40,117 nucleotides of DNA, from positions 1 through 40,117 of the forward strand of contig JAOZOT010000001.1 of assembly GCA_029933115.1 (NCBI GenBank). The letters are read 5' to 3'. Numbering within the stretch: position 1 is the stretch's first letter; each line of letters opens with the position of its first letter. The DNA is from Anaerolineae bacterium (GTDB taxonomy: Bacteria > Chloroflexota > Anaerolineae > E26-bin7). Position numbers and translations under genes: made by a program. The notes below the pieces were generated by a model that saw nothing but the letters and a program-made list of their open reading frames with translations, made no database searches and had not been told where the DNA came from. Below are positions 7,181 through 16,955 of this stretch, one piece after another.

Positions 7181-8153
7181 TATCATCATCCCTACCTATA
7201 ATTGCCGCCGCTGGCTAGGCCAGGCCATTGACAGTGCTCTGGCCCAAACCTATCCTCACTGCGAAATCATCGTCGTGGACGATGGCTCGACCGACGGCAC
7301 CGGTGAGTGGGTACAGAGGCAGTATAAGGATCGGATCCGCTACGTTTGGCAGAAGAACAGCGGACGTGGAGCAGCACGCAATCATGGTCTGGAAATGGCG
7401 CAAGGCGAATACGTCCAGTTCTTGGACGCCGACGATATGATCTCGCTCCACAAAATCGCTGCTCATGTCAAATTCTTGGAGAAGCATCCCGAGTTTGGAG
7501 CCGTTTATGGACATTGCCGTGTATTCTATGACAATGACGAGCAGCGCACCTGGGATTGGCCTGGACAGATCCATTATGTATCCGGGGATATTCTGGAGCA
7601 AGAAATCCACAGGCCATTTTTATTGCCGATAATGGTGCTTGTGCGGAAGTACTGGGTGGAGCACGTTGGGGGATTCCAAGTTAATTTGCATAGCAACGAG
7701 GATTGGGACCTGTGGCTAAGGATCGCTCTGGCTGGAGCCAGGTTTCACTATTTACCCGGCAGGGTGGTCGCCTGGTATCGCAGACGAGCCAATGATACAG
7801 CAAAAGCGTCCGTTCATCTACAAAGTGGTGTGATCGTGCTACGCAGACTGGAATCGCTTATCAACAATCGCGAAGAACGAAGGCGCCTACACTTGAAGCA
7901 GGCTATCGGGAAATGGCAGTATAGCTATGGCCGAGCCTTAGTCGAGGAAGGACAGCGGCGAGTTGGCATAGCCGAGATGGTTAAGTCTTTGTTGTTGAAT
8001 CGCGACGATTTGGGACGTAAACTGGTGACAATTAGCGGATTAACTTTTCTGTTACCCGATCAGGCTCGAGGCGCGAAGGCAACCTTGCGGACCTGGCTTC
8101 GCTCCCTGCACGACGGAATTACCTTGCAGCTTTTTCAAGAGAGTGACGAATGA
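7164..8153 (+). CDS. Glycosyltransferase family 2
   Basis: '[42 protein letters not shown]' and 'FLDADD'. I placed the start at ATG 7164. Confidence 0.9.
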   Translation: [329 protein letters not shown]

Positions 8154-9289
8154 GAGTCGCTGTTATTAGCCATGCCTTGGTGATCCCCCGTAACCGAGCG
8201 CGTTGGATCGCGCTGTCTGAGCGCCATCCAGACGTTGAGGTTTTCTTGATCGTACCAGCCCATTGGGAAGAGAGCCGCTATGGTGCTTCTGTGACCTACC
8301 GGGTGCAAATGGAGCAGAGAGGTAACTATGCCGTATTGCCGGTGCCGATGATCAAAGTGGGTGGACATCTACTGTTCCAATCATTGGATTTACACTTGAG
8401 ACAAGTCCAACCGGACATAGTACGAATCGGCGGTTGGTCATCCAGTTGGATGTTTATGCAAGCGTTGTTGTGTCAAAGGTTGTGGGCGTCTCATGCCAAG
8501 GTTTTGTGGTCTACCTACATGAACATCTACAAATCTCCACGTTATCTACACCAGCAGTGGAAGCAAGCGTTCCTCTATCATACGGTCGACGCTGCTCTAG
8601 CAGGCGGTGAATGCGTACGCGAGGTGCTGGAACACACCGGATTTGATAAACCTATCTACGTGCAAACCGAGATTGGGGTTGACCCGGCGGACTGCATCAG
8701 CCAAGATGCTGCCGATCTGTGCGAGAGACTGGGTCTGACCGGCTGTGTAATCGGATTCGTGGGCGCACTGCGCATGGACAAGGGAGTACTGGATCTTTTC
8801 GAAGCGGTACATAGTCTATCAGGGGATTGGAGCTTGCTGGTAGTGGGTGATGGCGAGTTGCGGCCTGTGTTGGAGGAACAGGCCCAAGTGGGTAACTTAG
8901 CCAGACACCGTATCCACTTTGCTGGTCGCGTTGAACACAAAGACGTTTTTGCGTATTACAACTGTATGGATGTCATGGTCCTACCGTCCCATACCACACC
9001 GACTTGTCGAGAGCAGTTCGGATTGGTCTTGGCAGAAGCGATGCTCTCCCGGGTGGCTGTGATTGGCTCAAGCAGTGGTGAAATTCCGTACGTCATCGGT
9101 GACGCCGGACTTGTATTTCCGGAGAAGGACGTGCAAGCTTTGCACCGATGTCTTCAACGGTTAGTCAATAACCCTGAACTGCGAGGTGAATTAGCACATC
9201 GTGGGTATGAACGCGCGTTGTGCAAGTACTCGGCAGCTGTTTTGGCTGATGAGTTTTACGCGATTTGCCGGGAGCTAGTTGCGCAATGA
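8150..9289 (+). CDS. Glycosyltransferase, GT4 / group 1
   Basis: 'VMVLPSHTTPTCREQFGLVLAEAMLSRVAVIGSSSGEIPYVIGD' is an E-x7-E-type region. ATGA overlaps occur at both ends. Confidence 0.85.
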   Translation: MRVAVISHALVIPRNRARWIALSERHPDVEVFLIVPAHWEESRYGASVTYRVQMEQRGNYAVLPVPMIKVGGHLLFQSLDLHLRQVQPDIVRIGGWSSSWMFMQALLCQRLWASHAKVLWSTYMNIYKSPRYLHQQWKQAFLYHTVDAALAGGECVREVLEHTGFDKPIYVQTEIGVDPADCISQDAADLCERLGLTGCVIGFVGALRMDKGVLDLFEAVHSLSGDWSLLVVGDGELRPVLEEQAQVGNLARHRIHFAGRVEHKDVFAYYNCMDVMVLPSHTTPTCREQFGLVLAEAMLSRVAVIGSSSGEIPYVIGDAGLVFPEKDVQALHRCLQRLVNNPELRGELAHRGYERALCKYSAAVLADEFYAICRELVAQ

Positions 9290-10527
9290 CTCGAGACTTG
9301 GAGGGACACCCGGTTGGCCCTCGTGCCTGCCTCGCAATGCTCGATCCGCAGTATGGGGGTGGCATTCTCACCTTATTACGCGAACTGTGTCCGATTCTAA
9401 TTGGCTGGGGCATCAAGCCACGGCTGCTTTTTCGTTCCATCTCTGACAATGATCTCCAGCCTCGCAGACTGCTCCGCCGCTTGCGCTTGTGGGATGTCCG
9501 CTGTAGGATGACATTTAACCTGCCGAGCATGGCGCTTGGCCATGTTCCAGCCATTTGGCTCCCACTCAGGTATTTCTGGCCATACCCGGTGGTTCAGCGT
9601 TACATCAGAACATGTGACATGCATATCGTAGTCGGTGGGGCATTGCGGGGCACATCATTTGCTTTAGCGCAAAAGCGTTATCTGATCTGGACCCCCACCC
9701 TGGCACTGGACGAGTATAAAGCCAAGGCTGAGGCAGAGGATCTGCAGGCTCGTCAACTTGTCGCTGCAAGGTGGCTACCTCTGCTCGTGTGGCAGGAAAG
9801 GATTGCTTTGCGGCGAGCGAGTCTGATTCTGGCTACATCCAACTATACGGCGGCGCGGATCACGACCGTCTGTCCCGATGTGGCAAATCGCGTCCGGATT
9901 GTGCCTTGCCCGGTGGAAATTCCGACTCTTTTTCCTTCGAGTGGGAAACTCGATGCAGGCCAGGGTAAGAAGGATGTTCTCTGCGTCGGCAGGTTGCAGG
10001 ATCCGCGCAAAAATCTTCCTTTGCTACTTCAGGCATTCCACGAGGTGAGTAAGCAACGCTCTGACATTTTTCTTCGGCTGGTGGGGGGAACTGACAAACA
10101 GACTCTAGAGAAATGGTTGACTCGGTTGAAACTTCGTGATCGAGTCATTGACATGGGCAAAGTAAGTGACACAGAACTGAAAAGGCAGTATCTCCAGGCT
10201 GCAGTTTTCGTCCTGCCATCACGTCAAGAGGGATTGGGGATTGTGGTGCTCGAGGCTATGGCAGCCGGTGTCCCTGTAGTCAGTACTCGTTGTGGTGGAC
10301 CTGAGGATCATGTGATAGATGGAGAGACTGGTTATCTGGTTCCCTCAAATGAGCCGATGGCAATGGCGCAAGCTATTCTGCGTTTGCTCAACAATGACTC
10401 TCTACGCCGGCGGATGGGCGATGCAGCCCGAGATTATGCTCAGCGTACTTTTTCCAGACCTGTAGTTGAGATGCAGTTCCGTCGAGCTTTTGAACAAGTG
10501 TATCCAGAGATACTGGCTAATCTGTGA
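9286..10527 (+). CDS. Glycosyltransferase, GT4 / group 1
   Basis: 'VFVLPSRQEGLGIVVLEAMAAGVPVVSTRCGGPEDHVIDGETGYLV'. The ATG at 9286 overlaps the previous stop (ATGA). Confidence 0.9.
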   Translation: MTRDLEGHPVGPRACLAMLDPQYGGGILTLLRELCPILIGWGIKPRLLFRSISDNDLQPRRLLRRLRLWDVRCRMTFNLPSMALGHVPAIWLPLRYFWPYPVVQRYIRTCDMHIVVGGALRGTSFALAQKRYLIWTPTLALDEYKAKAEAEDLQARQLVAARWLPLLVWQERIALRRASLILATSNYTAARITTVCPDVANRVRIVPCPVEIPTLFPSSGKLDAGQGKKDVLCVGRLQDPRKNLPLLLQAFHEVSKQRSDIFLRLVGGTDKQTLEKWLTRLKLRDRVIDMGKVSDTELKRQYLQAAVFVLPSRQEGLGIVVLEAMAAGVPVVSTRCGGPEDHVIDGETGYLVPSNEPMAMAQAILRLLNNDSLRRRMGDAARDYAQRTFSRPVVEMQFRRAFEQVYPEILANL

Positions 10528-11612
10528 TGGCTATTTCAAAAGACAAGCAACGTTCATTGATCAACAGATTGCTTAATGCTTTTCTCCGGCACTCAGGCTT
10601 TATAGGAATCGTTCGACATGTGAATAGAGCTCAGATCAAGATTCTGATGTATCATAGTATTGCTCCTAAGGAAAGTTATTATGTTAGAGGAATCGGCGTC
10701 ACCGTAAAACCAACTACATTTGAGGAGCAGTTGAGTTATCTCAGACAGCATTACCGTGTCATACCGCTGCATCAACTGATATTGGAGTTACGTGATGGAT
10801 GCGTTGGTGAGAAAACAGTAGTCTTAACCTTTGACGATGGGTTTCGAGATAGCTACGAATTTGCATGGCCGATATTGCATAAGTACGGTGTGAGGGCAAC
10901 AGTTTTTCTGAATAAAGATGTGATTGAACGCGGCAAAATACTATGGATTCATAGATTTACATATCTTGCAAATTGCGCTGGGATGGAACATTTGTGGAAG
11001 TTGGCTAGTCAGCGCTGGCCTGCCCTCGCTGGCGTGCACTCTACTCGCACCGGGCGATTTATGGTCTTGATGAACTACTTGGTCGATCAAGTACTTCCGG
11101 TAGATCGAGACACTTTCTTGGCGGAAGCATTTCGTTCTTTTGAAATTGCTGATCCCGCTCATAGGGGGTCAGATCTGTATCTTAGATGGGACCAAGTGCA
11201 TGAAATGGCTGCCGATGGAATTGAATTTGGCAATCATACCCGTTCGCATGAGAATCTGGCTCGGCTTTCTGAAAGAGAGCAACAATGTGAGATCGTCACT
11301 GCTAGAGATATAATTGCCGAGATGTTACCAGGGAGCATGATTCCATTTGCGTATCCATTTGGCGGAATGCGTCATTTTACTAACTTGACCGCGCGTATTG
11401 TTCGCGAATCTGGGCATTCATGTGCCCTCTTGGGTACAGGCAGGATCAACTCACATGACACGCCGGTCTACGCCCTAGATCGGATCAAGGTCGAGGAGGA
11501 ACCGCTGTCACAGTTTGCTGCCCGGATTGAAGGTCTCTCTCTCAGGCGCTGGTTAAGAAATGTCAGGAGTCGAAAGCAATGCTGCACGGTGACATCCAGA
11601 TCCAAAAGTTGA
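10527..11612 (+). CDS. Polysaccharide deacetylase (CE4 / NodB homology domain)
   Basis: 'VVLTFDDGFRDSYEFAWPILHKYGVRATVFL' and 'EFGNHTRSHENL'. The start is either GTG 10524 or ATG 10527. Confidence 0.9.
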   Translation: MAISKDKQRSLINRLLNAFLRHSGFIGIVRHVNRAQIKILMYHSIAPKESYYVRGIGVTVKPTTFEEQLSYLRQHYRVIPLHQLILELRDGCVGEKTVVLTFDDGFRDSYEFAWPILHKYGVRATVFLNKDVIERGKILWIHRFTYLANCAGMEHLWKLASQRWPALAGVHSTRTGRFMVLMNYLVDQVLPVDRDTFLAEAFRSFEIADPAHRGSDLYLRWDQVHEMAADGIEFGNHTRSHENLARLSEREQQCEIVTARDIIAEMLPGSMIPFAYPFGGMRHFTNLTARIVRESGHSCALLGTGRINSHDTPVYALDRIKVEEEPLSQFAARIEGLSLRRWLRNVRSRKQCCTVTSRSKS

Positions 11613-12646
11613 GACCTGGCGAGGAAAAGGCTTTATTTGCTTTCTTGGATGAAGTCTACGCTTCTCAGCCGGCCAAGCGCTTACGTGCGCTTTGGAACTG
11701 GCAATATAAGGAAAATCCTTTTGTGCCCTCTGAAAGCTACTCCACTTGGGTGTGCTGGGATGGCGACCGAATTGTCGGGCAGCGACCGCTCATGCCATTC
11801 CGTTTATGGGTCGATGGAAGGGAGATGCCGGCAGCTTGGGCGGTCGATTTTATCATCCGGCCGGACTATCGTGGTCGCGGGATCGGTCTGCGGCTGATGG
11901 AAGCTATATTGCAGCAGGAGTCAGTTTTTGTCGCGATCGATTCATCTGCCCGTGCGCTAAGGATCTACGAGAAGCTAGGCTGTGTCCGACTCCCTGATGT
12001 TCCTCGCTTTATCTTCTTGCATAAGGCGGGGCAACTTCTGCAACGCTGGCTGCCCTGGTCTTGGTTGGCCAACTTGTTAACTCCTCTGGCTAATCAACTG
12101 TTGACAATCCACTATCTAGCTTTCCGCAAATCAGTTATAAATGGATTTCAAATCATTGAATTGAACCGATTTGATCCTCTTTTCGATGATCTATGGCAAC
12201 GGTCTCGGCTAGGCGGCATTCTGCTGGCGTGTCGTACAAAGGATTTTCTCATCTGGCGTTATGCTCAAGCGCCGGGGGCAGAATCGCGCATCGTTGTCGC
12301 TCAGCGGGGATCTCGGATAGTCGGATATTTGGTCTGGCGGATGTTGCCGGATCGAAGGACTCTCATCTGTGATATATGGAGCGAGAATGTAGCAGCCGAA
12401 GTCTTTGAGGCGTTATTGCGCGATGTTATACAGCGCAGTGGTGCACTAATGAGTGAAAGTATAGAATGCTATGCCACACATAGTGCATTGAAAAGAGCTC
12501 TCGTTTCCTGTGGCTTCTACGCACGGGGTGGCAGAAGCATGGTTGTGCACCCTGCTCTGAGTGGTGTAAGAAGGGGGCAGCTGGCTCGGCCTCAGGATTG
12601 GTACGTGACTGCGCTGGACAGTGATATTGACCCGATGTTCCGTTGA
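11579..12646 (+). CDS. GNAT-like acyltransferase (two-domain)
   Basis: 'AVDFIIRPDYRGRGIGLRLMEAIL' is a CoA-binding R-x-x-G-x-G loop. The C-terminal tail 'DWYVTALDSDIDPMF' is shared with the ORF at 29624. Confidence 0.7.
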   Translation: MLHGDIQIQKLRPGEEKALFAFLDEVYASQPAKRLRALWNWQYKENPFVPSESYSTWVCWDGDRIVGQRPLMPFRLWVDGREMPAAWAVDFIIRPDYRGRGIGLRLMEAILQQESVFVAIDSSARALRIYEKLGCVRLPDVPRFIFLHKAGQLLQRWLPWSWLANLLTPLANQLLTIHYLAFRKSVINGFQIIELNRFDPLFDDLWQRSRLGGILLACRTKDFLIWRYAQAPGAESRIVVAQRGSRIVGYLVWRMLPDRRTLICDIWSENVAAEVFEALLRDVIQRSGALMSESIECYATHSALKRALVSCGFYARGGRSMVVHPALSGVRRGQLARPQDWYVTALDSDIDPMFR

Positions 12647-12710
12647 TCGATCTGGCGAGCGTAACTGCCAATGGAGCTGAAATATACAGCGAGGCAAACA
12701 AGGAGCAGAC

Positions 12711-13538
12711 ATGGGATTGAGTCTTTGGTATGTTTGGTTACGGCAGCGGGCTCCTGCCCCACTGATTACGTGGCTGCATAGATGGCCACTTTTGGTAGCT
12801 ATAAGCCGTTATTTAGACTCTAGACGACCGTTGATTATCTCTTTGCCTCCTCCGTTGAATGGGCATCGAGCCCATCTTAACTTTCAGACAAGAGGTTTGG
12901 CCTACATAAAATATGAACCGCATGTCTGTGAGGTTATCCAAGATATAGTCAAACCAGGTTGGATGGTCATTGACGTTGGAGCACACATTGGGTACTTCTC
13001 TTTGTTGTTAGCCAAGTGTGTGGGGTTGAATGGGCGGGTCTTTGCTTTTGAACCACTACCGAGCAATGTTGCTCTGTTACGTGAAAACATTGCCCTTAAT
13101 AACTACGAAAGCATCGTTCGAGTCGAGGCACAGGCTGTCGCTGATGCTTCAGGCATCGTTAGTTTGCACGATGGTCCTACAACCTCAGAAGCGTCAATAA
13201 TGTGGTATGAAGAGAATACTGAACATGCGGTGCCTGCTGTAAGTCTGGATGACTACTTTCGACCGCTGGGATTTCCCCATGTGGATTTCCTCAAGGTGGA
13301 TGTAGAAGGGGCGGAGAGTCTAGTTATAGCAGGCATGGAAACGATAATCTCTCAGAGCGAACCGATCTTTCTGCTAGAGCTTCATGGCGAGGTGGCCCGA
13401 CCGGGGGTTGAGAGACTGATGCGGGCTGGTTACGAGTTGTGGAGTGTGAGTAAGCAGATGGAAATCGAAAAGCGCAATCTGACTGCGTCTATTGGGCATG
13501 AACACTGTTTGGCAATACCAAGGGGCAAAGCGCTTTGA
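12711..13538 (+). CDS. FkbM-family methyltransferase
   Basis: 'VIDVGAHIGYFSLLLAK', 'VFAFEP' and 'VDFLKVDVEGAE'. RBS 'aaggag' is upstream. Confidence 0.85.
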   Translation: MGLSLWYVWLRQRAPAPLITWLHRWPLLVAISRYLDSRRPLIISLPPPLNGHRAHLNFQTRGLAYIKYEPHVCEVIQDIVKPGWMVIDVGAHIGYFSLLLAKCVGLNGRVFAFEPLPSNVALLRENIALNNYESIVRVEAQAVADASGIVSLHDGPTTSEASIMWYEENTEHAVPAVSLDDYFRPLGFPHVDFLKVDVEGAESLVIAGMETIISQSEPIFLLELHGEVARPGVERLMRAGYELWSVSKQMEIEKRNLTASIGHEHCLAIPRGKAL

Positions 13539-13615
13539 GTCTCTATTCTCTCAATGGGAGATGTGGCGGATTGAGGCAAGGGAGGCGTGGTTGACAATGA
13601 ATTTGGTGGTGTGAC

Positions 13616-15484
13616 GTGTGTGGAATTGCTGGCATAGTTGGTTTGGCTGATCGCAATGTGATAGAGGCGATGATCGAAGTTCAGGCCCATCGTGGCCCCG
13701 ATGATCGCGGTATCTTTGTAGATGATGCGCATCAGGTTGCCCTGGGCAACTGCCGCTTGTCCATCCTTGATCTTTCGTCGGCCGGCCACATGCCGCTGCG
13801 TTTCTCCAATGAGCGCCTGTGGATTACGCATAACGGTGAAGTCTACAATTTTCGGCTCTTGCGCGCCGAGTTGGCGCGGAAAGGGTATGTTTTCACTTCA
13901 GGTACAGATACTGAGGTCATTTTGACAGCCTACGTAGAGTGGGGCGCGGAATGTCTATCGCGCTTGCGCGGCATGTTCGCCTTTGCCATTTACGATGGCC
14001 GGGAGCGAGACGGTAGGGAGCGGCTGTTCCTGGCCCGGGACCGCTTTGGCATCAAGCCGCTCTATTGGGCACAGATAGGCGGTGTCTTTCTGTTTGCGTC
14101 GGAATTAAAAGGGTTGCTGGCTAGTGGCCTCATAAATCGGCGGCTCGACCATCAAGCCATCTGGGACTATCTTTCGTTAGGTTCAGTGCCACCTCCACGT
14201 ACCATGTTGGTTGGTGTGCGCGCGTTGCCTCCAGGGCATTATATGGTTGTGCAGCAAGGAAAGGTTAGGATTGAGCAATACTGGGATCTTTACAAGCCAC
14301 CAGAGCAGAGCAATCCACTTGCCTCGTTAACATTGTCCGAAGCAGCCCTTGAATTGCGCCGCCTGTTGGAGGAGGCTACCCACCTGCACATGTTGGCCGA
14401 TGTGCCGGTCGGAGCCTTTCTCAGCGGCGGGGTGGATTCTACGGCTATCGTGGGCCTGATGAGCCGGCAGGTCTCCCGCTCCCTCAAGACTTATTCCATA
14501 GGCTTTGAAGGGGCGGGAAAGCGCTTCAGCGAACTGCGCTGGGCCAGAATAGCTGCCGAACGCTTTGGCACCGAGCACACTGAGGTGATCGTTACTGGCG
14601 AGGACGTAAAGCTCGAGTTCGACCGGTTGATCGCCGCTATTGATCAGCCCAGCGTAGATGGCGTGAACAGTTACTTTGTCTCCAAGGCAGCGCGCACAGG
14701 GGTGACGGTCGCGCTGTCAGGATTGGGGGGGGACGAATTCTTTGCTGGCTATCCACAATTCCGTTGGTTTGCATGGGCCGAGCATTTGGCGCCAACGGGT
14801 AGTCCTACTTTGGCCCTCCTGAGTCCGGCCTTGGCCATCTTGCCGGGTCGCTGGCGGGTTCCGCTGCGTTTTCTGGCGGCCCGTCCCCTTGAACGACACA
14901 GCAGCGTGCGGCGCATTTTTACCGAAAGAGAGAAGCGCTCTCTGGCTCCCTCGCTGCTGGACGGAGAGAATACCTTGCAGCCCACATCCAGGTTCTATGC
15001 CCCTTTGTTACATCCGGAGTGGGATGGCGTGACTCAGACCACTTATGTAGAGGCCAGAGGGTATATGGCCCATACGCTACTGCGTGACACAGATGTCATG
15101 AGCATGGCCCATTCGTTAGAAGTACGAGTGCCGTTTCTCGACCATGTGGTGGCCGAGTTTGCCTTCCGCTTGCCCGGTTGTTTTAAACTGAATGGCGCTG
15201 ACACCAAGATTGTCTTGGTTCGGGCGCTGAGTGATTTGTTGCCACAGGCTATCATGAAGCGTCGTAAGATGGGTTTCCAATTTCCAATGAGAGACTGGTT
15301 GGCTGGGCCTTTGAGGAATCGTGTTCATGAGGTCTTGTGCTCTCGTCAAGCTGCATACCTTTTTGACCAGCAGAGGTTGTTTAAAGTCCAGACGGACGTC
15401 TTTGAGGGGAAGAGATCTTACATACACCTTTGGTTGCCTACAGTGCTCGTTGCTTGGGCGCAACTGTATGGATGTTCACTATAG
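13616..15484 (+). CDS. asnB: Asparagine synthase (glutamine-hydrolysing)-family amidotransferase
   Basis: A GTG start is followed directly by 'CGIAGIVG' (Ntn catalytic Cys2). The PP-loop reads 'FLSGGVDSTAIVGLM'. Confidence 0.9.
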   Translation: MCGIAGIVGLADRNVIEAMIEVQAHRGPDDRGIFVDDAHQVALGNCRLSILDLSSAGHMPLRFSNERLWITHNGEVYNFRLLRAELARKGYVFTSGTDTEVILTAYVEWGAECLSRLRGMFAFAIYDGRERDGRERLFLARDRFGIKPLYWAQIGGVFLFASELKGLLASGLINRRLDHQAIWDYLSLGSVPPPRTMLVGVRALPPGHYMVVQQGKVRIEQYWDLYKPPEQSNPLASLTLSEAALELRRLLEEATHLHMLADVPVGAFLSGGVDSTAIVGLMSRQVSRSLKTYSIGFEGAGKRFSELRWARIAAERFGTEHTEVIVTGEDVKLEFDRLIAAIDQPSVDGVNSYFVSKAARTGVTVALSGLGGDEFFAGYPQFRWFAWAEHLAPTGSPTLALLSPALAILPGRWRVPLRFLAARPLERHSSVRRIFTEREKRSLAPSLLDGENTLQPTSRFYAPLLHPEWDGVTQTTYVEARGYMAHTLLRDTDVMSMAHSLEVRVPFLDHVVAEFAFRLPGCFKLNGADTKIVLVRALSDLLPQAIMKRRKMGFQFPMRDWLAGPLRNRVHEVLCSRQAAYLFDQQRLFKVQTDVFEGKRSYIHLWLPTVLVAWAQLYGCSL

Positions 15485-15515
15485 TTGCGAATGCCGGGTC
15501 TATGTGCGAAGGCGG

Positions 15516-16910
15516 ATGATGGTTGCAAAAATATTCAAGCGAACTGAAAGAGGATTTGATTTGGCAGCAGGGACAGGGCTACGTACTATCCTGATTATTT
15601 TGGCTCTTGCGCTTTCACTCCAGAGTGGTCGCATGGCGACAACTGTAAGGGGGAGTATGCTCTTGGTGGTTTCAGTAGCTGTAGTAAGCATTGCACTTGT
15701 GATTCTCATGAAGCCGCGTTTGGTGTTGTGGCTGCTGCCAGCAGGTGTTACCATTCCACGCACGGCGCCGCGTCTGTTCGGGCGATTCGGACTCTTGGAG
15801 CTTGTTTTGGCTTTAGGGGCTATGGCTTTACTAATGCACTTGGTGATCCATCGCAAGCGGATATATACAGACTGGTTCTTCAAAGTGATGTTACTGGCCG
15901 CTCTGCCCATCGGGTCTTCGTGGCTTTTAGGCCGTGGTGAGGGGGATGGCGCGCTTCTATATATCTGGTTGGGTGCCTGTCTCGCCTATTTGTTGGCTAT
16001 CAACTTGGTCACCGGTAAACGGGAACCTTATCGTGTTTTGGATGTGGCCGCTATTATCGTCGTAGGGTTGTTGGTGGCCGATGTCTGGCTAAAAGGAACC
16101 CAAAAACCATGGGAGACAGATGTACCCTGGGTTGTATATCGTCAGGCTGGAACTACGGTAGGGATGGGTAACTTTGCAATGACTTTGATGGCTATGGTAT
16201 TGCCTGTGTTGTTGGCGTATGGCATAGTTGTGAAGAATCGAGTTGTCCGTTGGATGAACATCATTGTGTTCCTGGTCGGTACGACTGTAGCTATTTCGTT
16301 CCTGACACGCATTGTTATAATCAGCCTAATTGTGTCGGTCCTGGCCATGAGTTATATGCTCCGGCGGAGGAAAGGGGCAGAAGGGAGAAAGATCGCCCGC
16401 AGAACGGCATTGATGGCGGTTCTTCCTCTTGCCATCGTGCAGTTATGGGCTGGGGAGATTATTGATGCATTTGCCGATCGGTTTGCCCGAATCTACTATG
16501 CGGGAGATCCCAGATTTGAAATATGGCGTGGTCAATTTGAAATATTCGCAGCCTCTCCTTTGTGGGGATATGGTTCCATTAACACCTGGGAACGATTTGG
16601 TGTCCATGGCAGTCATGGCCTTTACTTGCGTGCGTTGTATGAATATGGGTTAGTCTTTATGATACCGCTTGCAGTACTGCTGGTCAAATGGTTTGCCAAC
16701 AGTTGGCGACTTGTTCAGCGCGATGGTCTGGATAATTGTCGTTTCGCTTTTGCACTGGCGAACTGGGGAGTTGTAACCGGTGTATTGATTACTACTATTC
16801 CTGTCCCTTATATCTATGCGCATGGAGCCTACGCTACGTTGGCTTTCTTTACAGCCGGATTGCTAGCAACTCAGCTACGTATGCTCGATGAACGGGTTGA
16901 CGAGTTATAG
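15516..16910 (+). CDS. Wzy_C-family membrane protein (O-antigen ligase/polymerase-like), copy 1
   Basis: There are many hydrophobic spans. 'GSHGLYLRALYEYGLVFMIPLAVLL' resembles the Wzy_C loop/helix motif. I placed the start at ATG 15516. The track ORF from 15321 overlaps asnB. Confidence 0.7.
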   Translation: MMVAKIFKRTERGFDLAAGTGLRTILIILALALSLQSGRMATTVRGSMLLVVSVAVVSIALVILMKPRLVLWLLPAGVTIPRTAPRLFGRFGLLELVLALGAMALLMHLVIHRKRIYTDWFFKVMLLAALPIGSSWLLGRGEGDGALLYIWLGACLAYLLAINLVTGKREPYRVLDVAAIIVVGLLVADVWLKGTQKPWETDVPWVVYRQAGTTVGMGNFAMTLMAMVLPVLLAYGIVVKNRVVRWMNIIVFLVGTTVAISFLTRIVIISLIVSVLAMSYMLRRRKGAEGRKIARRTALMAVLPLAIVQLWAGEIIDAFADRFARIYYAGDPRFEIWRGQFEIFAASPLWGYGSINTWERFGVHGSHGLYLRALYEYGLVFMIPLAVLLVKWFANSWRLVQRDGLDNCRFAFALANWGVVTGVLITTIPVPYIYAHGAYATLAFFTAGLLATQLRMLDERVDEL

Positions 16911-16955
16911 GCATACATAAATTGAGCCTTTGGACGCAAGAGGGGAAGCTGATTG

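Noticed and set aside
15321-15515. Long N-terminal extensions in the track ORFs starting at 15321, 6245, 7113, 21721, 25968, 31006 and 33542.
   Set aside because: The extensions overlap the preceding, well-supported genes and lack family motifs. Internal ATGs with RBS-like purine tracts give N-termini that match the family norms.
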